DNA from: Vicugna vicugna
Lineage: Eukaryota
DNA: 64,000 nucleotides
Direction of reading: 5' to 3'
Assembly: GCA_013265495.1 (NCBI GenBank)
Contig: MU057989.1
Span: 883,513-947,512, forward strand
Shown: positions 10,817 through 24,801 of the stretch, in pieces
Numbering within the stretch: the stretch's first letter is position 1
Layout: the number at the start of each line of letters is the position of its first letter
Program-made: the position numbers and the translations under genes
The notes under the pieces: generated by a model
The model's database searches: none
The model's input: only the letters and a program-made list of their open reading frames with translations
Told to the model about the DNA's origin: nothing

Positions 10817-13800
10817 GGTATCTCCATCGTGTCTGCAGATGAAGTTCAAGCTCTTCATATGGCACCCGAGGCCCTCAGTGTGCAGCCCCTGCTCCCTTCC
10901 CAGCCCTGCTTCCCCTGTACCTCCCGATGTACGCTACCTTCCAGCCATAACACAGCCAGCTGTCCCACGGTCAGCAATCTTTCTTGGAGATGCGCTCTCT
11001 CTCAGTCTAGAAAATCCCATGTCCAGCCCTCCCTCAAATGAAACGGTGACTAAGGAGACCTTCTATAGGGCACCCCTGCAGAACTGACTAGTCTCTCCCT
11101 TCAGCCTCCCAAGTTCTCAGTACAAACATGCCTCATACACCACCTCTAACAAATACCTACGTCTTCCTGCTTGACTGTAAGGAATTACATACTTCTTGCA
11201 AGTGGATACACACACTCTGTTTTGCCCGTGAGAGTAGATGCAGACAGTATGAGCCTTTCCTCCCAAGTGTTTCACTATGTGCCTCCTAAGGACACCCTTT
11301 ACACAAACACGGTACATTTATCAAATTCAGGAAATTTACCATTGATACAATACTTAACGTACTGATTGTCCTTATTCAAATCTGGCCAGTTGTCCCAATA
11401 ACGCCCTTTATCACGTTTATTTTTCCTGATCCAAAATCCAATTCAGGATCCCAGTACACTGAGCTGTCATGTCTTTGTCTTTTATTTTATTCTACAAAGG
11501 TTCTTCAGACTGTCTTTCATAACTCTACAATTTTTGTAGAATGTCCCTCAATTTGGGGTTGCTTCCTCATGGTTACAAGACACTTAATTATGAAAAGACA
11601 ACAGACTTGACTCCTGGATACAGCAGCCAGCTCGGAGAGAACCAGGGCTTGCTACTGGCAATGACCCAGCTTCTGTATTTCCACGTGGCTTTGTGTGTTC
11701 CATTCCGCAGCTTTTATCCTATTGTGTTGTCCTGAATCTGGAGGTTCACTGAGGTCTCCAGATACAAAGGCCACATGAAATAAAGCAAGAACAACCTTCA
11801 AACATAACTAACATTTTTGTTTGTTGACTTCCAGGTTCTGTCCACATATACACATGTTTTTGTCCAGCATTCTTTTTTTTTTAAATCAGCATTGTGTATA
11901 TATTTAACGCAATGCTTCTTGGCCTATGAACGTAAAAATGAAACTTCATCTATATCAGAAAATGGAAACCATCATGCTGGAGATCAGGTTTCCTTCCTAT
12001 TTGCCGCGGAGGGGATGAAGAGCTGGTGTCAAGCACTGTAAACCAGAAGGAACTGAGCTCCAAATACTTCACATTAAAAGTTTGGAAAACCTGCTGACAC
12101 TCCCTTGACTGGCTCTTCCAAGTGTCCTGAAGAAGCACTTTTCCTAGGAGAGGGGAGACAGGCCAGAACAATAGCAGGCAAAGCCAGAAAAACACTTAAA
12201 TACAGCAGGGTCCAAGCCAGGGTCCCTAGTCCAGTACAGGAACTGGAACCGGAAATGGCAAAATAACACTTGGAAGTGAAACACATGAGTTCAAATCCTG
12301 GTGGAATCAATCAGCTGTGTCCTTGGGCAAACTCTGTCTTAACAGCCTCAACTGTAGAGCAGGGACAACAGTATCACAGAGCAACTGATGAATGCAGGAA
12401 CGGAGAGTTTTGTGCTACAGACACGGCTGTTTTCTTCTGTCCCGCACAAAAACTTTCTTATCTTTAAAAATTCACCCACCATGCTGCCACTCTCAAATTT
12501 ATCTGTTCTCTTTTATGGTTTACTCTCATTACTCTTGTCCAAATGCACGTGCAACTTTTCTGGTTGTAGCAGGGCATTATGTCTTGGGCTCATTTTTGGA
12601 TTTTACTGGTCTGCCACATTTTGTCCATCTTGACCACTCTTTCTCATCCTGTTTCAGTCCAAGTACATCTCACAGCTCTTTGGGTGCAAAAAGGGTTGAC
12701 TAATTCTGCTATGTCCTCACCTACCAGTCCAAACACATACGAACATGTAGACAACCACACATACAAGATACAGCTTTTTTAAAAGACAAGAGGGGCTGCA
12801 TAGGGCTTGCGGAAGGCATATCCATACCCACGCCATCACCCTTTTTCTCACCATTACTGTCAATTTTCCCTTCTTTCTAGTTGACAAAGGAGATTGAAGC
12901 AGGAAAGCTGGGCTATTGCAATATAACACAGCTATGCTTTCTACACACCAAGTGTCCCAACACATAGGTTGGGCAATACCAATCTGAATCATCGGAAGTT
13001 CTAAAATTCAAGACTGAATGCCACCACTTCCAATCCCAGGTAAATTTCCTTCTCTCCATCAAGTTACCAGTGGTTGGACTCAGGAGAGAGCAAAGCTGAG
13101 GCTGAGTAAGATTTGCAGACACCCCGCTTCCAGGGGTTCACCTTTAGCAGGAAACAAGCCCCTCACACACAAACAGCAAACGGCCTGTCAAACTTTCACA
13201 GCCAGGAACAGGAATGTTCTCTCTCTGGAGGCCTCCTGGCTGCCACCCAGGACCTTGAGCCCCCTTCAATTAGCTGACCTGAGGAAAGCTACAAGCCCCC
13301 AGTCTCTATCACACTCATACAAGGATGGGGCGCCCACAGCAGCAGCTAAGGAGGGAAAAAGTCACCAAACTCAGCCTGCCTCAGGAACAGAAGGTCTTCA
13401 CCGCACAGACCACAAGGGCCGTTCCCCTTCTAGACTATACACTGAAACCTCGTTCCAAGGGACAACCACTTCTAAACACTCAAAGACAAATGGAATCCAA
13501 TCCCACACTTGCTGTAAGACCCACTCTTATTCATCATTATCAGCAGTATTTCACCTTAAACAAGGGATGAACTATTATCAAGTAAACTAAAAAAGGCTTT
13601 CCATTTTACATAATCAAATACCTGGCAAGTGACTAACCACTACTGTCCAGCCAGCCAATAACATCTGAAAACAGTTTTGTTTGAAGAGATTTTTTTTCAA
13701 ATGCATCAGCTAAACAAATCATCCAGAAAACACATCTTCCCTCAGGTTTTCTAAATTCTCCTCTTTCTATCATAGTACCTTATTTGCTCCTCTGAATTAC

Positions 13801-16471
13801 ATCCAGAGCCCCAAATTCTCTGTATTAATAGAACTGATTTTTCTGTCAAAACATGTACAAACCAGTTTCTCACATTCTGTATTGGCCAGAAGGATGAACT
13901 CTCCCACACTCTACAGACATACTACCAATTTCCTGTTATAACTCACGAGGTTGTAAGGACCATGAAAGCAGAGAGCCTGTCTACCCAGCACCTACCACAC
14001 AATGCTTAGCATGTATGAGGCCCTCAACAAACATCGGTATGAATGAGTGAATGAATCACAGTTACAGAGGATACACATTATCAATTTTAACAAGTTACTT
14101 GTCTAGCCAAAGATATCAAGTAGTAATCTTAACATTTATTACCACTTTCTTAAAACAGAAACAAAGAGAACAAAATTGGGTAATGAATTCTCTTGAAATG
14201 TTACATTACTCTACTCATCTCTCTCTTCACACCTCTTCCTGCTGCCTCTCTATCTTCCAGGAAACCAGCCACATCTATTTCACTCTCTGGCTACACTCCA
14301 CCATCAATGACCCTCAATCCTGTGGTTGATGCAACAATTAAATGGCACAGGGTCAAATGAGAGATGGTAGTGTGAGACATTATCTACGTAAGAGTTTAAA
14401 TGCTGTTTTGTGTTCATGTTTCTCTACTTCTGAGCACGAAACTCCCCTCCTACAGATACCATCTCTTCCCCACCGCCCTCCAGTCCCTTTGTCTCTCTGC
14501 AGCCCTTATTCCCTATGAAAAAGGTCTGCTTCTTTAATTTTTTTCGTATCTTATCTAGATTTTCTTTGGCATCACTCGTTCCATAACCATGACTACTTAA
14601 ATGTATCTCTTAAACCTTTCAAAAGCTAATAAGCACTTTTATTCATCAACCCTGGAAAAATTTACAAAAAGAATTTAATTCCTAAATCAAAATTGGAATC
14701 AAAAAAGCCTGACCCCAAAAGGGCAATGCATCCCAAAAAAGCTCACAACCAAAGATGAGGAATCCTAAAATGGTAGACACTTTCACGGGGTTATAAGTCT
14801 TAGATGACCTGGAGATCATTCTAGACCTCTTTGGTGCATTTATTAATATATTACTCTTTACACACTGCCAACACAGGAAGCACAGTCTAGGGTAGTGAGA
14901 AAACAGTATACCCAGTCAGGTCTTAACTCAGGTCCATCTCTGTCACTTACTACCACCTCCTCCCTATGTATGCTTCTGCAGCTCTAAACTGGAAACGAAA
15001 ATAGGACCTGCCTCTACCATCACTGGTGAAAGAACTAAATCATACAGTGTGTATATAGCACTTAGCCTGGCATGTAGAAATGACTCAATAAATATCAATC
15101 ATTATTATCGTTGTCACTGCCCCATCTTCCAAAGCTGCCACAAGGACTGAACAACACATGCACATCAAGGACGTGGCACCCCATGCCTGGTACAGAGTTC
15201 ACGCCAATGATCATATTTTAAGTATGGTAAAGCCCTAATCACCTGTGACAATTCTACTAGAATTAAAGCTTACTTTGCTTTGAAAATTCTTGAGGATTGT
15301 GTAAATAAGTAATAGAACAACTCTCCAACAATGGAGAATTAAAATTTAAAAATTTTAACAACAAAAAAAGCGCAACATTTTATCATTAGCATTTATGCCA
15401 TTAATAAATTTAACCTAGGCATTTAATCAAGTTCCTAAAAGACATCTAACCTATATTTATTTTTATAATAACTATTAGGAAATCATTAGAGCAAATTCCT
15501 TCTAAAATCTTCTGATTCCTTCTAAAAGCTTCTTTCATGCAGATACATAAATTAGTACAGAATAATGAGGTTTTACTTTATTCTGAACAGTGATAGTATA
15601 CTCAACAACAACAATATGCCCTTCTCAAGATCACTATCTGCTCAAGAGTCAAAGTGGCTTAGCTGGGGAAGCCACCTCCTCCCAGGCCCTCCTCAGCGGG
15701 AGCAAGTCCCTGCTCCCCGGCCTTCACTCTGTGCAGGGCTGACCAGGCTTACTTGAGGTCTGTTTAAAAGTCTGCCCACCAAGGATTATAAGACAGTCCT
15801 GAGTGGAAGGAAGTTCTATGCCATGCTGGATCCTCAACTATCAGAGTTCTGTAATCACAGCCAGCCTCTTATCTTCATCCGATGCACTTAGAAGTTCCCA
15901 GGAGTGCCATTTCCAGACAGCTAGGACAATTTAGTTTCCTAAATCTGGTTTGCTGCCTCCCCTCATGTCTGAAGGATGGAAAAAAAAAACCTTCCTGGGA
16001 AAGAGGTGGGAAAGAAGGTGCTGTCACAACAGCAGCCACCACTCAACCAACTGTAAACCACCCAACAGTCCTAAATAGCAACCAGATAATTTGGATCAGA
16101 GGGAGCAGAAAGGGGTTCACTGTTCTCCACCCCCATGGCTGAAAGGGGCACTGGGACTTGGGCGAGGCACTGCCTATCCAATCCTGCAACCCAATTAAAA
16201 TTCCTAGAGGAGAAGGAATGTGGAGGCTGAGCTAGATTTCAACCTCTGCAGAAGCAACCCCTAACCGCAGGTGCTCGACCACCTCAGACTACCCAGCCAC
16301 AGCATAAGTACAAGCAAGCAAACACCCAGAGACTGGGTCCTCTGACCAAATGCTGGGAGCTACAGCTGGCAGGCAACACCAAGTCAGGAGAAAGTGGAGA
16401 GACCTTCTTTTGGACTTAAGAGGATTCAGTGTACAACACAGGGAAGTGTGTAGTCTGTAAGAGAGTCCACA

Positions 16472-16679
16472 GATTAACAGATACACATTACTATATATAA
16501 AACAGATAAACAATGAGGACCTACTGTATAGCACAAATATATTCAATTTCTTATAATAAGCTATAATAGAAAAGAATCTGAAAAAAAAAGTATGTAAATG
16601 TATAACTAAATTGCTTTGCTGTACACCGGAAACTAACACTATAAATTAACTACACTTCAATAAAAAATAAAATTAAAAA
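16472..16679 (+). mobile_element. Artiodactyl-type L1 3' end
   Basis: AGATACACATTACTATATATAAAACAGATAAACAATGAGGACCTACTGTATAGCACA...ACTTCAATAAAAAA. TSD AAGAGAGTCCACA (16459-16471) / AAGAGAGCCCACA (16680-16692). Confidence 0.85.
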
Positions 16680-16724
16680 AAGAGAGCCCACAAAAGGAAA
16701 TGAATGCATTAAGTCCAAAAAGTA

Positions 16725-17266
16725 AACCAACATGGAATATCATTCAGCACTAAAAAGAAATGAGTTATCAGGCCATGAAAAAACACGGAGGAACCTTAAA
16801 TGCATATTACTAAGTGAAAGAAGCCAATGTGAAAAGACTACATACTATATAATTTCAACTATATGACATTCTGGAAAAGGCAAAACTACGGAGACAGTAA
16901 AAATAATCAATGACTGCCAGGAGTTTGTTTGGGGTGGGGGTGATGACTAGGTGAAGCACAGGGGATTTTAAGGACAGTGAAAATATTCTGTATGATATTA
17001 TAATGATGGATACATGCCACTGCATATTTGTCCATATATGTACACAGAACGTACCCTAAGGTAAACTATGGACTCTGGGTAATTATGATGTATCGATGTA
17101 GGTTCATCAGTTATACCAAATGTACCATTCTGATGGGGGATGCTGATAATGGGGGAGGCTATGCATGTGTGGGGACAGGGAGTATATGGGAAATCTCTGT
17201 ACCTTCCTTCAGTTTTGCTATGAACCTGCAAGTACACTAAAATAAAGTCTTAAAGGAAAAAAAAAA
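16725..17266 (+). mobile_element. L1MC-type 3' UTR
   Basis: AACCTTAAATGCATATTACTAAGTGAAAGAAGCCAA...GACATTCTGGAAAAGGCAAAACTA...GGAAATCTCTGTACCTTC, ending in an A tail. Confidence 0.8.
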
Positions 17267-19752
17267 GTATACCACAAAATCATAGGTAAATCACAAGCAA
17301 CTGAGAGGCACAAAATGATAAAGAATTACAAGCAGAAAAATAACCTAAGTATTCATCAACTATTCTAATAACTAAAATACACGAAATATCCAGGGATGTC
17401 TATGCTGGCTCTAAGTGTGCTCCTTTTAAAGCTTCCACCAACATACACGTTCCTGGAGGACAATTTGATGACGCAATCAAAATTACAAATGCATATTCCC
17501 TTTAATCATTAACTCCACTCTTAGGAATCTGTTACATATATATATATATACTGTGCAGAACTACTGATTAAAGCACTGTTTGTGAGGGGACAAGATCGGA
17601 AATAACCTAAATGTCCATCAGTGGGGAGCAGATTAAACCAATCATGGCACATCTCACATAATGAAAAACTAGCAAGTATAGAAAGAGATAATGAGGACGC
17701 TCTCCAAGTGCTGCTATGTACAGGTACACAACAATGCAGATAGGACGCTACCTCCAGTAAGAAGGAAAAGGCAGGAAGCGGGTAAGGGAGCTAGGAACAG
17801 GCTGTCTGCTTGAAGAGATAAGCCCCGGGGGACAGCACAATCTACTCACAGTGGTTACTTGGGGGACCAAGGGGAGGGAAGGATGTGGGCTCTCACTCTA
17901 CAGTTTTGTATCCTCTGATTTTTCAACTATGTGAGTGAACTACGCATTTAAGTAATTAAAGAAATTGATTTTTTAAAGGCAGCCCCGAGGGTGTCCTGGC
18001 CCAGGTGATTAGCTTCAGCCCAGGTGATAACACCTAGAATGCTTCCAGATGCTCCTGGTTCCAGTTGGAGTGTTTACAGCTTGAGGATGAAATCTGAAAT
18101 GGGTTCAATATTAGTTTAAAATATTTTTAGTGTTCAAATGAGCTTAAAAGGCAGCAAAATAGAAAGCACTTTAAAGATGGATTTCTTAAAAATACTATTT
18201 TTCCCCTAAAGAAATGTGACAATCTACACATATTTTGTACCCAATGCAGTAGTTTTAAGATAAATGCTGCTCAAGTCAGGAAAGCTGACATTATTTCAAT
18301 ATACTCAAAGAAACATTAGTTGGATGTCAGGTTTTGTAGCTTCCAGCACATCAATGAAGAAACCTCTAATAAAAGGATTCTGTTAAAATCAGAGCTTGTG
18401 ACAGAGAAAGTGAAGGTTGGACAGCACACTGAAACACAGTCGTGTTTCCCTATCTCTGGACAACACCTCTAAGTTAATTCACACTTTGTTCAAATAATTC
18501 TCGCCAAAGGTCTAAAGGTTCCACAATAGGAATTAACCAAAACTCCAGTTCTCACCATTTAACAGATTCTTCTAGTCACAAATATTAAAGATGTTTTCCT
18601 TTGGATTTGGTTTACTCTTAAACTAATTTTTTGTTTTAAAAATAATATATTTATGTTTTTTAAAAAGCATTCAGAAAAACATAAAGTGAAAAGAAGTGAG
18701 CACCCATCCCATCCCCAGCCCCTCACGTCCAAGAAAAACAATTTCCAGAGATTTCCTTCTGAAAATCTCCTATGCACACAGGAGTATATACCTTTTTAAC
18801 CCTGAAAAGGATCTAATTATCACTTTCGTTCTCCAGCCTGATTTTTTATTTAATGATTCTCAAACTTATCATCCCTCTTAAATACCATCATTCTTCCTCC
18901 CCAGAGCTGCAATGGCAGAGGACTCAGCTTCCCCTCTTCTGAAGGACTTCTGGATCACTTTCAGTGCTCTGCAATATCTAGATTAACCAAACTAACAAAA
19001 AGGTGTGGAGCTAATATGATAGGCCGTAGAAGTCCTACCAAGCAGGAGACTGATTTTTACTTTATTCCTTGGTATAAAAGTTGGCTGTTAAGCTACAGAT
19101 ATTTGTATATCAACTAATAAGGTGGTCAATAAAAACCAGAGGTTTAGAGAATCTTTTCCAGAAACTGGGAAACTATAAATAGAACTTTGGTGTGAACCAT
19201 GGCTGCCCAATGCGCAATAAGATGACAGTAACAAAACCTCTAATACTCTTCAAAATGGCACGAAATTAATTTCTAAAATTTCAATTTTCCTATTTATAAA
19301 GTGTAGAAAAAGCAAAAAAGTCATTTTATGTTATTTAAGTACAGCATCAAAACATTTCACCACTAAAAAAAGGGTTTTTTTTTTTCAGAATGAAGCCTGT
19401 TTTTCAAATATTGACAGTTCAACAGCTCTAAGATATTTAGCAGCCTGAAATGCACTTACAGTGGGACAATATATATAATGGGTCACTTTGGGAAGCAGCA
19501 GCAAGAAGAGAAAGCATGTTCTTATATACACACAGCGTATCTCTAAAATGATATACAAGAAACATTAGCTGCCTGTGGGAAGGGGAACTGGAAGGCTCTG
19601 GAAATAGGAGAGGAAGGATTTTCACTGAACATTCTCTTCTAATTTGTGGAACCCTAAGAACATGTTACCCAGTCAAAAAAATTTTTAAAACTTTTTAAAG
19701 AAAATTCTCCTGTTTGTACAAAAATTTTCTGATATCTTAAATAACAACATTA

Positions 19753-19993
19753 CAGTTGACTTTCAAACAAAGGTTTGGACTGCATGGATCCACTTATACG
19801 CAGGTTACAGTAAACACTACAGCAGTACACGATCTGCAGTTGGTCGAATCTGAGGATGCAGAACTGGAGATACAGAGGCACTGCAAAGGGAGGGCACGAT
19901 AACATGCAGGAACCAAGTATACAGAAGGCAAAGTATATGTGGATTTGGGGGGAGGCTGGTGCCCCAACTCCTGCATTGTTCAATGGTCAACTG
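19753..19993. mobile_element. Complete Tigger2-family (TcMar) MITE
   Basis: TIRs CAGTTGACTTTCAAACAA / TTGTTCAATGGTCAACTG, with TA target duplication at 19751-19752 and 19994-19995. Confidence 0.85.
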
Positions 19994-20849
19994 TAGTTCT
20001 GATTCTTAAGCTGCTTTCTGTGGGGTCTTTTTCCTCCCACAAATAGGGGCTGGGGGGAGAGAAGGCTGGTGTCAACTCTGCCTGCAGATATGAACCTGGG
20101 CAGGAAAATACAGCTTGGAAAAAGATGATCTAGACTTCTGGAGAACAAATCACAGTCGCTTCCTCCAATCACCCTGGAAGTGATGGTTTCTAAAATTTTG
20201 TTTTGTTTTTTAAGCCCTAAAAGGATGGTCTGGACTCCCTCATTTGACACTGCAGGCTCTCCACTCGGCTTGCCTGGCTCCCCCTGATAGTCTGTCCTGC
20301 AACGAGCTCCAGCGCCCTTCCTCTAAGAAGTTTCCCTAACCACCCAGCCTGAAGCACCTGGTTCCTTCCCGTCACGACACTGATTCTAGCTTGCAATTAG
20401 ACAGGCATTGTTGAGACTGCTAGACTGTCTGCCCACACCACTGCACTCTGAGTTGCAAGAGGTCAGAGCCACCCCTGTTATCACCACAGCCTTGCAGTGT
20501 CCCACCCATAATAAGCACATATAATTTGAATTACATAAGGATTTAATATTTATTGAACAAAAGAACAGATGGACAGTGGTACAGCTGAGATGGAGCCCGG
20601 GCCCACCTGACTCCCCAGAGCAAGGTGACACCAGCAGTCTCCACCTTCCAGAGGCAAGACCACATTGCCTCTAAATGGTATCCATTGAATGTAAACCAAA
20701 AACAAAACTGGCTTTTGCAAAAACTTTACATGTTCAAAAGTGTATACCTCCAGACCTTCACACTTGCTATTTATGCTGTTCCCTGTGCCTGGAACAGTAC
20801 TCCTATCTCCTATTCATCCTCAGGTCTCAGGGTTAAGGTCACTACCCGC

Positions 20850-20967
20850 AGTTAGTCACATCTTCAGTTCAAGTACTCAATAGCCACAGGAGCCTAGTCG
20901 TTTCAGTAGTGGGAGTGCAGATATGGAACACGGCCATCATCACAGAACGTTTCACTGACAGCGCTGA
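20850..20967. mobile_element. MER3/MER33-like hAT fragment
   Basis: TTCAAGTACTCAATAGCCACA...CCATCATCACAGAACGTTTCACTGACAGCGCTG. Confidence 0.65.
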
Positions 20968-23900
20968 CTTAGAGATTACTACGAGAATGCTGGTGTTTCA
21001 AAGGAAATGTCCAAATCCACTCTTACTGTTGGGATGGGACCAATTTTTCCTTAAACTTTCAAAGATTGAGAAAGTCACCAGTGAGAGCCCAAACACTGAA
21101 TTCTCTCTCAGTAACCTGAATAATCCCACCAGAGATTGTTTAAAAGAGAAGTTCAACTCTGGGCAGGTTGTGCTCTTCAAACAAACGCCAGTCACAACAG
21201 CAGCAGAGGCCCAAACAAAATGACACAAAATCTACCAATATTTTATGCCTTTTTGTTATTTTCAATAAAAATTACCAACTAAATAAAATGTAAGTAAGAT
21301 TTAATGTAAAGATAACCACAAATGGGGAGGGGGCATTCTTTGTCCACCATGGGGCCATTTTTATTAGTAAAACTCATATATCACCATGCCTAAAATAACC
21401 AGAAGAACGGGAAAACAGTGAACGCAGGAAGAGAAAATTCGTAGGAAGAGAAAATCCCCTCAGTACAGTGAGGAGCAGAGCCTGCTCCTTCCAAGCTCAG
21501 TGGTCGCTGAGCCAAAGAGGAAGTTAAACTTCACTGGTATTTCTTTCAACCAATCAACCTGACCAAACAGGATAGTGATCCCAAGGCCATTTTCTCCCCA
21601 AACTCTGTTTTCTAAAAAAGAAAAGACTATAATTTCTCCGTGTTCATTTTCTTTTTTCGGCAGGTCCTAACCTAAATCAAGTCCCTGTTCTGAAACAATA
21701 CTAGAAAAACAGTTTCATTTAGACTTAAATTTTCCAATGAGGAACAGTTTTTAACTTCAAACACAAACTGAGGAAAGTGTGTCAAACTACCACCTGTTTT
21801 ATGGGAGTCCTGAATCTCAGCCTCTAACTCATTCCTTTGCAAGCTGGTACTGAGACTGTACCAGCCCTTGGTGCTCAAAGCAGATCTGGCAGGGGCCACA
21901 TCTTCCCACGGACTCAGCGAGAAACATCCATGGATTTGGTTCTGAGTCAGACCCCTCCCCTACATCAACCCCAACCTCACCAGTCCAAGAGGCAGGTGAC
22001 ATCTAGTATTTTCCCACACAATGAAACAGTAATAATAGTTGCCACAACCTGCTATATGCCAGGAATCACAGGGGCCCAATATACAAAGCTAATCAAAGTG
22101 AGAAGAAATGGAAAATTCTAGAGGAAAAAAAAAATCCCTTTTAGAGATGAGATCCACCCTCCCAAACAAAACTCAAATGTAAAGTCACTGGCCCAAGTCA
22201 CAGAGCTGATGAGCTGGAAGCTAAGATTCAGCGTCCACTCTGATTGGAGGTCACACTCCTTACTACCACGTTGCCTGCCTCCCTGTATAAAAAGCTCTGA
22301 CATTTCCTTCAACTCTGAGTCATGGTTAGAAGGTTCTACTTTTAAGCAGGTGACAAATACTCAAAATATTTTAATCCAGAGAAATTGGGTCAAACTTGTA
22401 TAGTCCATAATTGCCAGAGCAAACCCTAATTATTTGATACAGTTCTACAGTTCCTAAGTGTCAGCATTCAGTTTGTAATCAAATACCAAAATCCATTTAC
22501 TTAAACACTGCACAAGCTTCACTCTATAGGCTAGAAAAAAGAATAGGAACTTATTTCTTGCTACTTCACTGGTTATTCTAACTACAAAATCTAAACTCAT
22601 ATAGGTAGTACAGTTTTGATAAGAAAAATCCAAAATATGTGGGGGCAGTGCAAAGGGAAGCTTCTGAAAAATAAAAAGATATTGCTTTACAACAGAATTG
22701 TATAACCCCATTAAACAGCTACAACTATTAAGAAACACCTACTATATACAGTAAGGCACAGGTATGTTAGAAAGACTGGCAAATTAAGAGATTTTCAAAC
22801 AGTAGCAGACGGGACATCTAGAAATAGGAAAGTCGATTTAACCAAGTGAAAATTTTTTCACCATTAGATTTTACTATTCTTAGCAATAGTTCAGCTAAAT
22901 ACTCTTTTGATTAATGGAAATGAAACACGGGGGAAAATGTCACAAGGGATGATATCCAAGTCTTTCTAAGGGTAAGGTTTAAAAAGAAAGGAATTTGACT
23001 TTTAGACACAGAGCTCAAAAATAGCCTTGCTTCCCAAATTTAGAACGAGAAAACACCCTAAAGGCAGATTTTTCTAAGTCAGCAACAATCATTCTGTATA
23101 TTGTCTAAGAATCTGGGAAAAAAAGAGCCACTTTTGCTTATTTCTATGCCTTTCCTAAAGAACCCCCCACCCCCAATCTCTGATTCACGTCTCAAGTCGA
23201 AGCTCTAGGTGGACAACCTTGCACATGGCTCTTTCCCACCCTCCGGTCAGCGAATCACAGCTCCTATGTAAAGCTGACCACGCAAAAGCCCCCGAAAGGC
23301 ACTGGTGCAAGTGCTGATGTGCTGCATCAGTGATCTGCTGCAATGTGGCAATTCCTGAAAACTGAGCTTATACGTAATTAATTAGATTTTCGCAGGAGTT
23401 GTGGATGCCACCCACACCAGACTAGGGCAGCCCATCAGGCATGGGACAGTATTCTCAAGGCTGCCGAGTGGGCTCAGGGAACATGGGGCACGTGTGATGA
23501 AAAACGGAGGGCATGGCCAGGAGTTGGAGAGCTTATGAGAGACCATCTGAAACAATCTGAAAAGACTTAGATGCAAGCCACGTGCTGAGATCAAACCCAC
23601 AAAGACGAAACTCTCTGAGTGGCCAGAGTGCTCTTCCCAACACACAGAGGCACAGAAAACCAGCAAGCTTCCCCAACTGTCTGGCTCCCCGCTCTGGCTC
23701 AGCGACGGAACCCCAGGGGGCACCAGGGTACAGAAGCACTAAGAGCCCCCCAGTCAAGGCCCCTTGCCCATCCCCAAGGCCTGCCTCAGGTGCCACATCC
23801 ACTTGGACACACAGCCCTAGGCTTCTGCACACGGGACAGTCAGTAAACAGCAGGTGGATAAATGAAGTCTTCTTGGATTGCCCTTTCTGACTCGCATTTT

Positions 23901-24571
23901 GGCACTTGATTGCATTTTGTATTCTTTTCTCAAGTTTTGCCTCTAAGTTTTATCTTGTCAACACAGTTCTAAACTACTTAGATGCATCACCAGAATCCTT
24001 TGCACACTGCTGCTGTAGAAGGGGTACCTCGGACTGAACCGTAATACACACAGTTAAGAAACAGAATTACATATCTGTTCACTGCTTAATACGCTTCAAA
24101 ATGAGTAAGAATTTTCAGAACATATACACTCCTTAAGTTTTTAAACTTTAAAATTTCACAGCCATCACGTTTGTATTAAAAAAAATATAAGTGAAAGTAA
24201 AGGCAAATAATCAATAGTATTGATTAAAGAATTCTGGGCTATACACTCTGAGTGTGCTGCACTACAGCAGGTCAGCCTGCTGTGGGCCTATGTGAAGTCA
24301 CACCATGACTATCGCTTCCAGAATTATCAGCAAAGGTGTCCCGGTCCAATTGGACGAGCACTCTCAGCAGGTCTGGCCTACAAGGGTGCACCCACTTTCC
24401 CTGGTCAGGACAGAGCAGGCACCAGGCACCGAGCATCCACTCCAGACCAGGCGCTTCTCACTCATCATCTCATTCTACCTTCATCATCGCCCTTTGAGAT
24501 GGGAATGGTCATTATTTCTATTTTTCAGATGAGAAAACTGAGGATCCTCAAAGCCTTAGCCCCACATACAT

Positions 24572-24801
24572 CAGGCTCACAAACTGTGGCCTGAGAGCCA
24601 AACCTCCTCGGCTGCTGATTTTTGTAGCAATGGTTTTACTAGTTTTACTGACACACAGCAGTGCACACCCGCCTAAGTACCGTCCAGAGCTACTTTCCCT
24701 TCAAAACGGCAGTGTTCAGCAGCTGCGACAGAGACCATATGGCCTGCAAAGCCGAAAATATGTCCTCCGGCCCTTTACAGAAAGAAATTTGCTGACCCAT
24801 G
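24572..24801. mobile_element. MER58A-like hAT MITE
   Basis: CAAACTGTGGCCTGAGAGCCAAA...ACAGAGACCATATGGCCTGCAAAGCCGAAAATA...TTTGCTGACCCATG. Confidence 0.8.

Noticed and set aside
13018..13590. 190-aa plus-strand ORF in intron 1
   Set aside because: No recognisable domain or splice context, antisense within an intron, and compatible with chance.
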